64,000 nt of DNA, taken from the IMG/VR virus record IMGVR_UViG_3300027850_000002, positions 96,001-160,000 of that record. One strand, 5' to 3'. A program made the position numbers and the translations under genes. This stretch comes from a virus. This document shows positions 27,825-37,763 of the stretch, piece by piece (position 1 is the stretch's first letter; each line of letters begins with the position of its first letter). Below the pieces are notes generated by a model. It was not told the DNA's origin and did no database searches. It saw only the letters and a list, made by a program, of their open reading frames with translations.

Positions 27825-28567
27825 CGCTGAAGATCGGCAAAACGGGCGCAGTACCGTCGCGACATGATCCAAAGACGGTCACGTACAAGGCGATCCACAA
27901 AGCGCTCGCAATTGCCGATCCGAGACGTACACCGCCATTTCACGTCGACACTCGGCCACGCAACGCACGCTGGGACATCAACGGCAACGACCGCTACGGC
28001 TGCTGCACGTTCGCTGGCATCGTCCGTATCATGCAGAACAACGCGGCCCGCAAGGGCCGTACGCTTGACATCACGGACGAGGACGTCATCAAGGCGTACC
28101 TGGACAGCACAGGTGGCGTCGACGCAGGGCAGATGCCGATCAACGCGCTGAACTACATGCGCAGCATCGGCATCAAGGGCCACAAGGTGTTGGCGTATGC
28201 ACGGGTCGGTGACCGAGACGTGTACGAACGACAAAGCGCGCTCGCGACGTTCGGTTCGCTGTACGTCGCCGCAGGGCTGCCTGCCAAACTCAATGATGAT
28301 CGGGACCTACGGTGGGAGTTGACGCCGCGTGAGAAACGCACGGCTAGCGACGAGCCGCGCTCGATGGGCGGACACGCCTACCCGATTTTTGGTTTTCAAC
28401 GCGGTGAAGAGTTCTCCGTACCGTGGGACCAGGAGGTCATCGAAGAGGCCAACTGGACGGACTATTACCGCGAGGAGACCTGGGTGTTCGCTGACAACCA
28501 GGAAACGGACCAACTTCTGCTCGGTGTCATGTTCGCGCAACTCGCAGCGATCAAGGAGACCGCATGA
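27821..28567 (+). CDS. papain-like (C1-type) cysteine peptidase
   Basis: GNDRYGCCTFAG (Cys), GGHAY (His), VPW. Confidence 0.6.
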   Translation: MTLKIGKTGAVPSRHDPKTVTYKAIHKALAIADPRRTPPFHVDTRPRNARWDINGNDRYGCCTFAGIVRIMQNNAARKGRTLDITDEDVIKAYLDSTGGVDAGQMPINALNYMRSIGIKGHKVLAYARVGDRDVYERQSALATFGSLYVAAGLPAKLNDDRDLRWELTPREKRTASDEPRSMGGHAYPIFGFQRGEEFSVPWDQEVIEEANWTDYYREETWVFADNQETDQLLLGVMFAQLAAIKETA

Positions 28568-29562
28568 CCCTCAAGCTAGGCAGTCAAGGACCCGAGGTCG
28601 AACAGCTGCAGCTCAAGTTGAAGGCCGCCGGGTACGACCCTGGCAACGTCGATGGAGACTACGGCAAGCGTACTGTGGACGCCGTGCTCGCGTTCCAAAC
28701 AGACCGTCCAGATCTCGACGATGACGGTGCTGCAGGTCCAATGACCCTCGGCGCTCTGGATGCTGCGATTGCAAAGACGAAGCCCGCGTCTGCAACGCCC
28801 GTGGCGCCGACATCCACCGTGCCTTGCGACGCGACAACGTGGGCCGCTTTCATGTCACTTGTCGACAAGGTCACAAAGCTTCCCGTCAAGTACGGACCTG
28901 GGCGAGGTCTTTGGTCCAAAGACAAATTCGTCATCACGTACAATCCCGGATCGCTCGTGAAAGACGTCAGGTGGACCGGCTGGCCGAACGTTCTCGGAAA
29001 GCCGTACCCAAGCTTTCACTGTACGTCGTGGTGCAACTTCTTCATGAGCTGGTTGTGTCGCCGCAACCAGGACTACACGCACGCGGGCAACATCCCCTCG
29101 CTGTTCGACCTTCTTTCGAAAGGTCCAGAGGTCCATCAGAACCCGGGCGCTGGTCCGTACCGAGGCTTTGGGGACGTGTGCTATCCGATTGTCCCCGATG
29201 GGTCAGCTGTGAAGCGCAGCGGCGTGCCCAAGGTCATGGATGTACGTGAGCTGTACGCACGTCGGGCGGACTTGCCGACCTTCGTCGTGTTCGGCCAATC
29301 GACGAAGAAAACCGGCGGCTGGAATTGGTGGCATCACACAGGGCTGTACGTCGCGCGCGACGGCAAGCTGTTCCGGATCGCCGCCGATGGCTTCAAGGGG
29401 TCGAACGGCTACTCTGCGAGCCCGATGAAGTACGTGGAAATCACGCCCCAGAACCTCAGTGCGTTCGACGGCTGTGTGTACCGCTGCTACGGCGTCCGCA
29501 CGACGGACGGTACCTACGGCGACAAGAGCAGGCCGTACGCGACCGTGGACTTCGAAGCGTAA
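28564..29562 (+). CDS. endolysin candidate: peptidoglycan-binding domain plus Cys/His (NlpC/CHAP-like) domain
   Basis: LKLGSQGPEVEQLQ..GYDPG.VDGDYG.RT..AV.AFQ..DDDG.AGPMT (PG_binding_1); FHCTSWC..WHHTG. Confidence 0.7.
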   Translation: MTLKLGSQGPEVEQLQLKLKAAGYDPGNVDGDYGKRTVDAVLAFQTDRPDLDDDGAAGPMTLGALDAAIAKTKPASATPVAPTSTVPCDATTWAAFMSLVDKVTKLPVKYGPGRGLWSKDKFVITYNPGSLVKDVRWTGWPNVLGKPYPSFHCTSWCNFFMSWLCRRNQDYTHAGNIPSLFDLLSKGPEVHQNPGAGPYRGFGDVCYPIVPDGSAVKRSGVPKVMDVRELYARRADLPTFVVFGQSTKKTGGWNWWHHTGLYVARDGKLFRIAADGFKGSNGYSASPMKYVEITPQNLSAFDGCVYRCYGVRTTDGTYGDKSRPYATVDFEA

Positions 29563-29576
29563 TCCCGCGTCGGTCC

Positions 29577-29585
29577 ACTATAATT
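29577..29585 (+). promoter_or_regulatory. putative late promoter variant ACTATAATT (leaderless start)
   Basis: 5 nt before ATG 29591. Confidence 0.65.
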
Positions 29586-29590
29586 AGGGC

Positions 29591-29956
29591 ATGGCGCAGA
29601 CCCTGACCGTCGCTGGCGCGGCCTCCTGTCCTTTCGTGGACGGTGGCGCCGTTGCTCCCATTCCCCTTGCGACTGCTCTCGGCTTCACGTCACGAGCAGA
29701 CTTCCAGCGGAGCTATCTCGGCGCCATTGTCGATGATCCTGTCAACTTCGGGACGCTCGCAGTGCCGGGTGCCAAGGGCGTCATCGTCATGTGCACGGCA
29801 GGCAGTTGCACGATCAAGTTCAACGGCGGTCTCGATGCGTGGCCCCTCTCGCCCGGCGGCTACTTCATTTGGATCAACACCGCGCAGCCATTCCCGACGT
29901 CGGCTCTGATCTCGACGACAGGTGCTGCAGGCGTGTTCTTCCTCGCGGTAGGATGA
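29591..29956 (+). CDS. small beta-rich virion protein
   Basis: 121 aa under the late motif. Confidence 0.65.
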   Translation: MAQTLTVAGAASCPFVDGGAVAPIPLATALGFTSRADFQRSYLGAIVDDPVNFGTLAVPGAKGVIVMCTAGSCTIKFNGGLDAWPLSPGGYFIWINTAQPFPTSALISTTGAAGVFFLAVG

Positions 29957-29959
29957 CCA

Positions 29960-30409
29960 ATGCTACAAAGGGCTTTCGAACAGGGCTGTAGCAACGCGTG
30001 CGCACGCTTCGGCGTGAAGATCGCAGCTGTCCCTCTCGCGCGCCCGATACCGCGAATGACGACGCCACACGTGCCAAAGCCCGGCTTCAAGCTCACACCT
30101 CAAGAAGAAGCGCAGGCGTTACGCATGAAGAGTCAGTCGCCTGCACAACGGCAACAAGAACTCGGCTTGGACCGTGACACGCAGAACACGCAGTTCGCAC
30201 AGCGGCACGACCTGCCCTCTGCATCCCCTGTGGCGGCTGCCGGGCGGGGTGCGCGTGGTGCGGGTGGTTTCATGCGTCCCATCAAGCGGGGCCTCGGTCT
30301 CGCTGCGCTCGGGGCCGCGGGTACGGCAGCCTACGGTCTCCACAAGCAGCACCATATTGACGAAGAGAAAATTCCGCTCGTCTACGCCCCTCTGCAAGGT
30401 GGTTTCTGA
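29960..30409 (+). CDS. tagged virion protein with C-terminal Gly-rich TM
   Basis: MLQRAFEQGCSNACARFGVKIA|AV; GLGLAALGAAGTAAYGL. Confidence 0.7.
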   Translation: MLQRAFEQGCSNACARFGVKIAAVPLARPIPRMTTPHVPKPGFKLTPQEEAQALRMKSQSPAQRQQELGLDRDTQNTQFAQRHDLPSASPVAAAGRGARGAGGFMRPIKRGLGLAALGAAGTAAYGLHKQHHIDEEKIPLVYAPLQGGF

Positions 30410-30684
30410 TGACGCTCAAGCACGCGTACGCGAGAGGTTGTCGAGCGGCGCTCGAGAAGTTCGCGCTCGATCCTCCAACCGCTGTTGACGCGTTCATGGG
30501 CGCGGTGGAATCAGGCAAGGATGTTGCGCCTGAACCGGCATTGCCGCCGATGTCTCATGCACCCGGCGAGATGCTTCCTGCACTCGACGGCACGACGCCA
30601 CTCTCGACGTCGCCGCCCATGTCGCCGGACCTCGGTTCCACCATCGGTGCACCGCCACCACCCATGATGGGCGCGCTGGGCTGA
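30409..30684 (+). CDS. small tagged virion protein
   Basis: MTLKHAYARGCRAALEKFA|L; Pro-rich tail. Confidence 0.7.
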   Translation: MTLKHAYARGCRAALEKFALDPPTAVDAFMGAVESGKDVAPEPALPPMSHAPGEMLPALDGTTPLSTSPPMSPDLGSTIGAPPPPMMGALG

Positions 30685-30685
30685 T

Positions 30686-32290
30686 GTGATGATCGGCAAG
30701 GGCTGGCTCAAGTTTGCGATCCTTGGAAGCACGTATGCACGGGCGCTCGAGAATGCGAACACGCGCGCAGGACGCCCTGGCGGAATGTTCTCGTCGATTG
30801 CAGAACAGCCACTGGCCAAACTCAAGCCAGGCGCATCAGCGTATGTGCGTGCGCCCGGTGCGCTGACGCCGACCGCAGACCAACGCGGCATGCAACAGAT
30901 GCTCGCGAAAACGCCGTGGGCGGGTGATGACCATGGTGGGTCGCCGCACGCCGAAGCGACGTACAACGCGCTGTTGAAACGTCGGGGTATGGACGTGAAG
31001 ACGCCGGGCGGCGATACGAACGCGCAAATCGCGAAGAGCTTCGGGGTCGGAGCCCGTGAACCGTCCGAATCCCATACCGCAGTGACGCGTAAAACGGACC
31101 TGCAGGGCCGGGCAGCGCAGACGCCGGACGGACGGAACCCACTCGAACATCAAGACCGTCGACTGCGAACGCCCAATCCAATGGGTGCGGGGGCTGTTGA
31201 GGACGTGCATCAGGCGCGTCCTATCCAACGGGAACGTCCGCGCGAGCCGCTACCCATGGAACGACACCGCCCGCTTCCTCCGATGCAGCAGGCGGCTCCA
31301 ATGGCTGCGCCCATGCCTGCTGCACACAGCAGCGCAGCCACCAACGTGCTCACGGCGCCGCGCCCACCACAGCGGAACATTGCGACGAGTGTCATGAAGG
31401 CGGGGGCTGCTCAATTCAAGATCGCCGGTCCGCTCGCGACGGCCGTGGGCATCGGTATCCCGCTGGCTGTCGGCGGAAGCATGCTCGCGGGTAAGCCGGG
31501 CATTCAGTCGAACATCAAGAACCTGTTCGCGGGCAAAGGCACGACGGAGGAACAGGACAAAACGAACGAGCTGCCCGCAGGCGCGTTGCGACAAGCAGAC
31601 GCAGTCCATCAAACACTGTTGGCTCGCGGGTTCGACCCGACGTCGATGCGCATCGGGATTGACGCGCCACCCGGTTCCGGCAAGACGACGCTAGCGCGCG
31701 CGCTCGCTCACCGCACCGGCATGAAGCACTACGGCCTCGACTGGGAGCCCGGCAATGCCTGGAAGTCGACGATTGGTCTGGGTCGTAACGTCGAGAAGAT
31801 GCCGCACGCGCCTCGAGCGGGCGAGATCATGGAGCACTACCTGCTCAACCGTACACACGATCCGGAACTGTTCGACGCTCAGATCCACTTGCGTAGAGAC
31901 CCGAACATCATCCGTCAGCAGCTCAACCATCGCGGCAACGCCGCATACATCGGGGACATGATGGACCTCGACAAGTCGCTCGCCGTTGCCGACCTTGGCT
32001 TTGACACGCTGGGCGGCGAGACGATCGATCTCGGCGACGGCACGGTCATGAAGCTTCGGCCGCATGGAGGCTGGGGAGACAACCTCGACCAAGCGCTCAT
32101 GGCGAAGGGCATCAACCCAGCAGGCATGAGTCGTCATTCGAAGCTGCTCTCGCTCCACCGCGGGACACCTACGGAAGGTGCTGGCTGGACGCCGTACGTG
32201 AAAAATCCACTGTCAGGCGGTCAGACGCTTGCGCTGGGTGCGTCGATCCCGTTGGGCGTCATGGCTGCGCGCGCGCTCGCTCGTCACTGA
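30686..32290 (+). CDS. polyprotein with membrane-anchored P-loop (NMP-kinase-like) domain
   Basis: LKFA and FKIA sites; GPLATAVGIGIPLAVGG TM; IGIDAPPGSGKTTLARALA Walker A; C-terminal hydrophobic helix. Confidence 0.7.
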   Translation: MMIGKGWLKFAILGSTYARALENANTRAGRPGGMFSSIAEQPLAKLKPGASAYVRAPGALTPTADQRGMQQMLAKTPWAGDDHGGSPHAEATYNALLKRRGMDVKTPGGDTNAQIAKSFGVGAREPSESHTAVTRKTDLQGRAAQTPDGRNPLEHQDRRLRTPNPMGAGAVEDVHQARPIQRERPREPLPMERHRPLPPMQQAAPMAAPMPAAHSSAATNVLTAPRPPQRNIATSVMKAGAAQFKIAGPLATAVGIGIPLAVGGSMLAGKPGIQSNIKNLFAGKGTTEEQDKTNELPAGALRQADAVHQTLLARGFDPTSMRIGIDAPPGSGKTTLARALAHRTGMKHYGLDWEPGNAWKSTIGLGRNVEKMPHAPRAGEIMEHYLLNRTHDPELFDAQIHLRRDPNIIRQQLNHRGNAAYIGDMMDLDKSLAVADLGFDTLGGETIDLGDGTVMKLRPHGGWGDNLDQALMAKGINPAGMSRHSKLLSLHRGTPTEGAGWTPYVKNPLSGGQTLALGASIPLGVMAARALARH

Positions 32291-32292
32291 TC

Positions 32293-32326
32293 AAAAAAAA
32301 AGGCGGGCCCGCTAAACCCGAGCCCC
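32293..32326 (-). terminator. intrinsic terminator of the minus-strand cluster
   Basis: GGGCTCG-loop-CGGGCCC stem then GCC and T9 on the minus strand, where the two gene blocks converge. Confidence 0.65.
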
Positions 32327-32339
32327 GGAGAAACCCTTG

Positions 32340-32633
32340 CTAGGGCGTCTCCTGATCTGTTTTGTCACGGTCAGGGTTCGCTCGACGCAGGCCCGCGAGG
32401 ATGTAGATGGCGGCCGGCTTGCCCGCGCGCGTCTTACGTCGAGCGGCACGCGCTTCAACGAGCGGCTTCGGCTTCCAGTTCGCCAGTTCATTCACGCGCG
32501 CCGAGATGCTCTGGTGCGAGCGCTTCAATTCAATTTCGATTTCGTCGGTCGTCTTTCCGTCCCAGCCAGCGGTACGGATGATGTTGTAGACCTGCAGCTG
32601 CAGATCGCTCAAAAGGCTTTCGACGTCAGCCAT
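32340..32633 (-). CDS. winged-HTH DNA-binding protein
   Basis: GKTTDEIEIELKRSHQSISARVNEL...RKTRAGKPA. Confidence 0.7.
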   Translation of the reverse strand: MADVESLLSDLQLQVYNIIRTAGWDGKTTDEIEIELKRSHQSISARVNELANWKPKPLVEARAARRKTRAGKPAAIYILAGLRRANPDRDKTDQETP

Positions 32634-32832
32634 CTCCCATATGCTCCCTGCATGCCTTACATTCCTTGAACGATTTCTCCTGGATGTTTGATTGGCACGC
32701 TTTACATGTTTTGTATCCAGAGAAGTCTGACCGTCCCTGTGTCTCGGCTGCGTATGCCAGCCGTGAGACTTGTTGTGTCAGCATCCCGATTGCTTCAATC
32801 GCACGTTCGAACAACCGTTCGATGTCACGCAT
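32626..32832 (-). CDS. small Zn-finger protein
   Basis: CKAC..CKAC. Confidence 0.5.
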   Translation of the reverse strand: MRDIERLFERAIEAIGMLTQQVSRLAYAAETQGRSDFSGYKTCKACQSNIQEKSFKECKACREHMGDG

Positions 32833-33048
32833 TGTCGAGAATATTCTTCTCGGCCCACCACATCTTCACAACCAACTGTCCGACGTCGTCTTGCTTCCAC
32901 ACCTCTGAGTCGTCGTGAACAACGGATTTGGGAATCCAACGCTGTCCTTCCGCGCTGGTGAAGGCGACAAGAATCGCCTTTTCAGATTCGCGGATACACT
33001 TTCCTTCGCCCATCTTGTGCGGTTCGTCGCCGCTGTTATCGCGTGGCA
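32825..33048 (-). CDS. small conserved phage protein
   Basis: AAGGAG RBS; ESEKAILV...WIPKS pattern. Confidence 0.6.
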
Positions 33049-33080
33049 TGTTTCTCCTTCGAGGTCTTGTACCAAGAAAT

Positions 33081-34826
33081 TCAATCAAACAAGGTAGGGC
33101 TCGCCATCACGAGCCCGCGCCCTGCTTTCGAAACCAGTTTCTTGGCCGCAAGCTGTCGCATGTACTCGTAGCGACTTGTGGCTTTGTACTTCGTGGCTTC
33201 CTCGAGCGCTTCGTTCGTAACGGCTTCCGGGTACGCTTCAATCAAAACGTCGAGCAGTGCGCGTTCACCCTTCGACAGGCGGTGTCGCCACCAATCCTGC
33301 AACTCAGACCCCACCGGCAACGGAGCAGCGTCAGGAAGCGCCCGTACACCAACATCTGTCGCGCGAACGATGTCGCCTTGCTCAACAGTGAGATCCTCTT
33401 GTTTTAGGATGCGCAGGAACTCATATAGGCTGGTGGCTTTGTACCCCGTGAGCACGGTCAGCTGTTCACGACGAAGACCCGCGGGATATTGAATCAACGC
33501 AGTCAGAATGTTCCGCGGCCCTTTCGCAAGCGGACTGGCATCGACGATTCCTTTGGGGACCGCCATACGTCCGGTTCCCATCGGTGGATGGCGCTGTGCA
33601 CCAATCGCAGGAGGTGCGTCAATCCTCGCTGAGGTCCGCTGTTTCATCGCAAGGTCGATAACAGTCTGACGGAGCATGTTATCGGCGTGCTTGTTGTTGA
33701 CCTCCGCCTGCGCGACCTTGCCGAGCTGGATTGCGACCATCGAACGGAAGTTGTGCAGCTCGCTGACGACGACCTGCTGCGCCTGCGCGAGCGTGTCCGT
33801 GACTTTGGCAAGCTTGTCGACAGCACGTTCAACGACGGCGACTTGCTTCGGATCGAAGATGCGAACTTTCTCAACTTTGGTCTTTGACAGCGCCGTCTCG
33901 GGCAGCTTTGTGATTTTGATCTGGCGCTCGAGGTCGCGGACGCGTGTACGCAGCTCGGACACGGTTTGTTGCTCGACCTCGACTTCCTTGGGCAGGTCAG
34001 CGAGCTGTGCCAGGATGCGCTTCACACTGGCACGCGGAGGTGTTGGCGGGGCTGCGCGTTCGCCTGCACGCGGGTGTGTTGTCTGAACCTCGCCGATCTT
34101 GATAGTGCGAACGTCGTCGCAGATCGCAGGACCAAACGCATAGAACTGGCCTGCCTTGAGCGCACGAAGTCCGAGCATGTCCGTCGAGTTCGACATGCCC
34201 AACTCCGCAGACGCGCGACGCATGTCGATATCGAGACCGCAGCGTCCGATGAGCTTGTTGTTGCACTCAGCTGCTGCGTCCTTGCTGAGCTTGCTGATCC
34301 GCTGGGTAGCAAGCACGCCACAGAAGCCGCGCTTGCGTCCGCGCGTCATCAGATCAATGACGGCATGTGCGCTCTCGGCCTTGTCCTTCTCAGGACAGAA
34401 CATGTGGGCCTCATCAATAATGACGAGAACCGGATGCCACAGCTCACGCGGCGCCGACATCATAGACTCGAGGAACAGCTTCACGAATCGTTGGCGTTGT
34501 GCGCCCAGTTCGTAAATGTCGATGATCGCAGAGACGTTCAACTCGAGCAGTCGCCGCGCCAGCAACGCAGCGCTCTTACAGTCGGCCGGACAGTCGCCGC
34601 CTTTTTGACCTGCGAGCACGTAGTCGTACTTCTCGCGCAAGGAGTGAAACTCGCCTTCGACGTCAATCAGGATCTGTTGGGGTCCGCCGTATGTGGTCTC
34701 ACACAGCTTGCGGAGCGCGTAGCTCTTACCTCCGCCAGAGTTGGCCTGGAGCAACAGCCGCGTTTCGACGAGGCGCTGAACGTCGATGGAGACGTTCGGC
34801 GCCAGTTGTGCGAGGAGCTTGGTCAC
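33081..34826 (-). CDS. HerA/DUF87-type ATPase with C-terminal tandem wHTH
   Basis: ANSGGGKS Walker A, IDVEGEF, VIIDEAH, TRGRKRG, ATQR. Confidence 0.85.
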   Translation of the reverse strand: MTKLLAQLAPNVSIDVQRLVETRLLLQANSGGGKSYALRKLCETTYGGPQQILIDVEGEFHSLREKYDYVLAGQKGGDCPADCKSAALLARRLLELNVSAIIDIYELGAQRQRFVKLFLESMMSAPRELWHPVLVIIDEAHMFCPEKDKAESAHAVIDLMTRGRKRGFCGVLATQRISKLSKDAAAECNNKLIGRCGLDIDMRRASAELGMSNSTDMLGLRALKAGQFYAFGPAICDDVRTIKIGEVQTTHPRAGERAAPPTPPRASVKRILAQLADLPKEVEVEQQTVSELRTRVRDLERQIKITKLPETALSKTKVEKVRIFDPKQVAVVERAVDKLAKVTDTLAQAQQVVVSELHNFRSMVAIQLGKVAQAEVNNKHADNMLRQTVIDLAMKQRTSARIDAPPAIGAQRHPPMGTGRMAVPKGIVDASPLAKGPRNILTALIQYPAGLRREQLTVLTGYKATSLYEFLRILKQEDLTVEQGDIVRATDVGVRALPDAAPLPVGSELQDWWRHRLSKGERALLDVLIEAYPEAVTNEALEEATKYKATSRYEYMRQLAAKKLVSKAGRGLVMASPTLFD

Positions 34827-35389
34827 GGTCGGAGCGCCGTAATTGCTGCAACGACCCCGCCCCAGTCGTTCGCGGACGTGCCTTCCCACCCATCACGCGT
34901 GTTGTAGCTACGACGGAACAAAACACCGTGACCTTTGGGGTGGTGCGAACACCACTCCACAAGCGTGGACGTCTTGTCTTCGATGAGAAAGTCACCAGAC
35001 ACGACGTGCTTCCGGCTACTGCGGACATGTAGTACGTCATCTTTGTGAAAGCCGAGGTTCTGAATGCACCACTGATCCCGTTCGTGCATCCAGTGGTTGC
35101 CGCCGAACGGCGACGTCACAGCTAAGACCTCGGCAATCTTACGTAGCTCTTCGACGCCCTCCTTGGCGCCTGGGTAGACCGGAATGCCCAAACACAGACC
35201 CGGCGCCTGCATCGATTCATAGATGGTCTTGGCGTCGGGCCCTTCGATGCCGAGAGACTTCATGATGTCCCAGTCACCGATGTCTTCAGGCGTGAAACGT
35301 TTCCCGGTATGTTGAAACACAGCTTCCAGACACGGCGTGAGAAAGTCTCCGCAGACTCCGTCGATATCAAGTAGAACACGTGGCTTCAC
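34823..35389 (-). CDS. HAD 5'(3')-deoxyribonucleotidase (NT5C-like)
   Basis: LLDIDGVCGDF; DFLIEDK. Confidence 0.85.
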   Translation of the reverse strand: MKPRVLLDIDGVCGDFLTPCLEAVFQHTGKRFTPEDIGDWDIMKSLGIEGPDAKTIYESMQAPGLCLGIPVYPGAKEGVEELRKIAEVLAVTSPFGGNHWMHERDQWCIQNLGFHKDDVLHVRSSRKHVVSGDFLIEDKTSTLVEWCSHHPKGHGVLFRRSYNTRDGWEGTSANDWGGVVAAITALRP

Positions 35390-36216
35390 GAAGTTGCTCC
35401 ATAACTGGTGATGATCACTTCGGCGACCTTGCCTCGTTTGTCACCTTTGCTGTTGATTGACCGCCCACACTGGACGGTGTCCATACAGAAATCTTGGTAG
35501 AGGTCACGGATGTAAGGTGTGTCGTTGTTTGACAACATGACGTTCGTGCCACGTTTGCGTAGCTCGCGTGAGTACTCTGCCAACTGTTCTTGTTGTTTCT
35601 GACCAAAGACATCCTTGGTGTACGATGTAAAATTAGATGTCTTTGAATGCGGGTCGTAGGGCGGATCGAAATACACGAAATCGCCCGCGGTCGCGGAAGC
35701 AGTCGTCAATTCGTACGACGTCTTACGTAGACTGACCCTACCCAATACTTGACTCGCGGTGCGTAACGTTGCGGGTTCAAATATTTTGGGGTTCTCGTAG
35801 TCACCGCGTGGGACATTGAAACCGCCTGCACGGTTCACGCGCCACAGTCCGTTAAAACAAGTCTTGTTCAGGTAGAGAAACGCGGACGCTCGCGCACTGG
35901 GATCCTCTATCCATCCGCCTTCGTTCCAAATGTCACGAATCTCATAGTAATACTTGGGACGAACATGGGCTCGACGGTGCACTTCAAGCATCCCGATGAT
36001 TTGTTCAACGTCGTCAGCGACTGCTTGATATGTGTTGATCAAGGCGTCGTTCATGTCGCCAAGCACCGCGTCCTTGGGCTCAAGAGCGAAGAACAAGGCG
36101 GCGCCGCCCGCGAACGGTTCGAAATAGCATTTGAACGTCTTAGGTAGACGCGCACGCAATTCAGGGAGGAGTTTGGACTTCCCTCCAACCCACTTCACGA
36201 TAGGCGAGGCCGGCAC
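35386..36216 (-). CDS. dam: DNA adenine methyltransferase (D12/Dam family)
   Basis: KWVGGK, EPFAGG, YLNKTCFNGL.RVN, YFDPPY. Confidence 0.9.
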   Translation of the reverse strand: MPASPIVKWVGGKSKLLPELRARLPKTFKCYFEPFAGGAALFFALEPKDAVLGDMNDALINTYQAVADDVEQIIGMLEVHRRAHVRPKYYYEIRDIWNEGGWIEDPSARASAFLYLNKTCFNGLWRVNRAGGFNVPRGDYENPKIFEPATLRTASQVLGRVSLRKTSYELTTASATAGDFVYFDPPYDPHSKTSNFTSYTKDVFGQKQQEQLAEYSRELRKRGTNVMLSNNDTPYIRDLYQDFCMDTVQCGRSINSKGDKRGKVAEVIITSYGATS

Positions 36217-36378
36217 CGAGGAACCCTATATGTTTATGCCGCAAACGTCAACTAACGGCCAAAAAACAACCAGGTGCGATCTCTCGCCAATCCCACCGTC
36301 CAAGACGGCACCGCCACCACGCGAATGCTCGCCCATGCAGATACGCATGTTCAGCAAGCACTCGCGCGATGTTGGAGG

Positions 36379-36639
36379 TCATCGATTCTTACGTTCGTCC
36401 GATGTTAGTTCGCTGGTGAAGCCGAATAGTTGGTCCAACTCGTCCGCGAACCCTTCAAACGATTCACGCATAGCCGCATTCCTGACGCCATCCAGGTCCG
36501 ACGTGTAGTGGTCGTCGTGCATCCAATACGCACGTGAACGAAACCGTTTGGCCAACGTGAACATCTGCCCAACAGTTACCGTTTGGACCGCGTCGGGCGG
36601 CTGCCACATCTGGTTGTCGTCGTTGTCGCCTGTCATCAC
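36379..36639 (-). CDS. hypothetical protein
   Basis: Overlap-coupled in the minus-strand run. Confidence 0.5.
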   Translation of the reverse strand: MMTGDNDDNQMWQPPDAVQTVTVGQMFTLAKRFRSRAYWMHDDHYTSDLDGVRNAAMRESFEGFADELDQLFGFTSELTSDERKNR

Positions 36640-36929
36640 GACACGACAGGTTCGAAATCCAACACGTCAACAAGCGTCTTGGGACGATCGCCACCAAGGA
36701 GCAGAACGGTTTGACCGCGGTCCTTGAGCTGGTTTGCAGCCCACGCCGCAGCGTCATACGGGGTCGTAAAGCCGTTCTTCCCCAAGTGAACGACGGCACG
36801 TTCCATCTGACGGTACTCCGGGCAGAGCGACAACGTCGCAGCCCACCTCCCGTCTTGGCCGTCGAGAAGGACTTCCCACGCGGCCCAGCGTGCGGCCCAG
36901 AGACCTGTATCGAGCTGTACCGCCTTCAC
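36636..36929 (-). CDS. hypothetical protein
   Basis: GTGA coupling. Confidence 0.55.
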   Translation of the reverse strand: MKAVQLDTGLWAARWAAWEVLLDGQDGRWAATLSLCPEYRQMERAVVHLGKNGFTTPYDAAAWAANQLKDRGQTVLLLGGDRPKTLVDVLDFEPVVS

Positions 36930-37198
36930 GAAGCGACCTCGAAGGCGAGAGACGCGTTGTGTAGTTTGCGAGCGAGCACGATACGACGTTCGACCTGCGC
37001 GAGTTTGTCATCGTACGCAAAGTAGTGTTTGTCGTCGGGGTAGCGGGTCTCAACGTACGACGCTGCAGGTGTACGACGTGCAGCGAACTCGCCAAGCGCG
37101 TCCACGAGCAGGTAGCGGAGGTCGGTCTGTTCTTGTTCGGTGAGTCCGTCTTCGACTGTCAGAACGATTTTGGTAATCATATTCGTTGGTCCTTTCAT
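36926..37198 (-). CDS. hypothetical protein
   Basis: Coupled ORF. Confidence 0.55.
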   Translation of the reverse strand: MKGPTNMITKIVLTVEDGLTEQEQTDLRYLLVDALGEFAARRTPAASYVETRYPDDKHYFAYDDKLAQVERRIVLARKLHNASLAFEVAS

Positions 37199-37203
37199 GC
37201 GCG

Positions 37204-37425
37204 TCAGCGCGAACCAGTGTCTTTGGAAATTCGAATAACAAGAGGTAATTCGTTCGGCCTGCCGTCAACAGGCGTCAGGTCGTCATTTTCATCAAGTTCA
37301 TCGGAAAGACGCAGGCGAACTTGAAACTCGGCGATCAATGCCGCTTTGACTGTCCGAGCAAGCATCAGTACATCCTCTGATGGTTGTTCGGGCAGGCAAA
37401 GCAAGACGCGTCGTCGACGCATCAA
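37204..37425 (-). CDS. hypothetical protein
   Basis: Coupled ORF. Confidence 0.45.
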   Translation of the reverse strand: MMRRRRVLLCLPEQPSEDVLMLARTVKAALIAEFQVRLRLSDELDENDDLTPVDGRPNELPLVIRISKDTGSR

Positions 37426-37748
37426 TGCACCAAGTGCATGTGTTTCATCAGACCGTCACGATTGCGGTCATAGAGCACATACGTATCGTGGTCGTCAGAA
37501 GACCCGGAAACTTGGAACTCGCCTTTCTTGCGTGTGCCATCACGTAAGATCACTTCGATCTCGTAATCCACAACGGACTCGTCGTGGTCGGGGCATTGGT
37601 GCACCGTCACCGCGCGAACGTCGCGAACATCGACATCTTGCATCAGCTCCCGAACGCGGACCGGCAGTGCGAACGCCACGGGGAGTTCACACCGCAGGCC
37701 CGCTTGCAGGAGCGCGTTGCTCAGGCAGTTGAACTCGTTGTTGCTCAC
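37422..37748 (-). CDS. hypothetical protein
   Basis: Coupled ORF. Confidence 0.55.
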   Translation of the reverse strand: MSNNEFNCLSNALLQAGLRCELPVAFALPVRVRELMQDVDVRDVRAVTVHQCPDHDESVVDYEIEVILRDGTRKKGEFQVSGSSDDHDTYVLYDRNRDGLMKHMHLVH

Positions 37749-37763
37749 AGACAGAAGTGTAGG

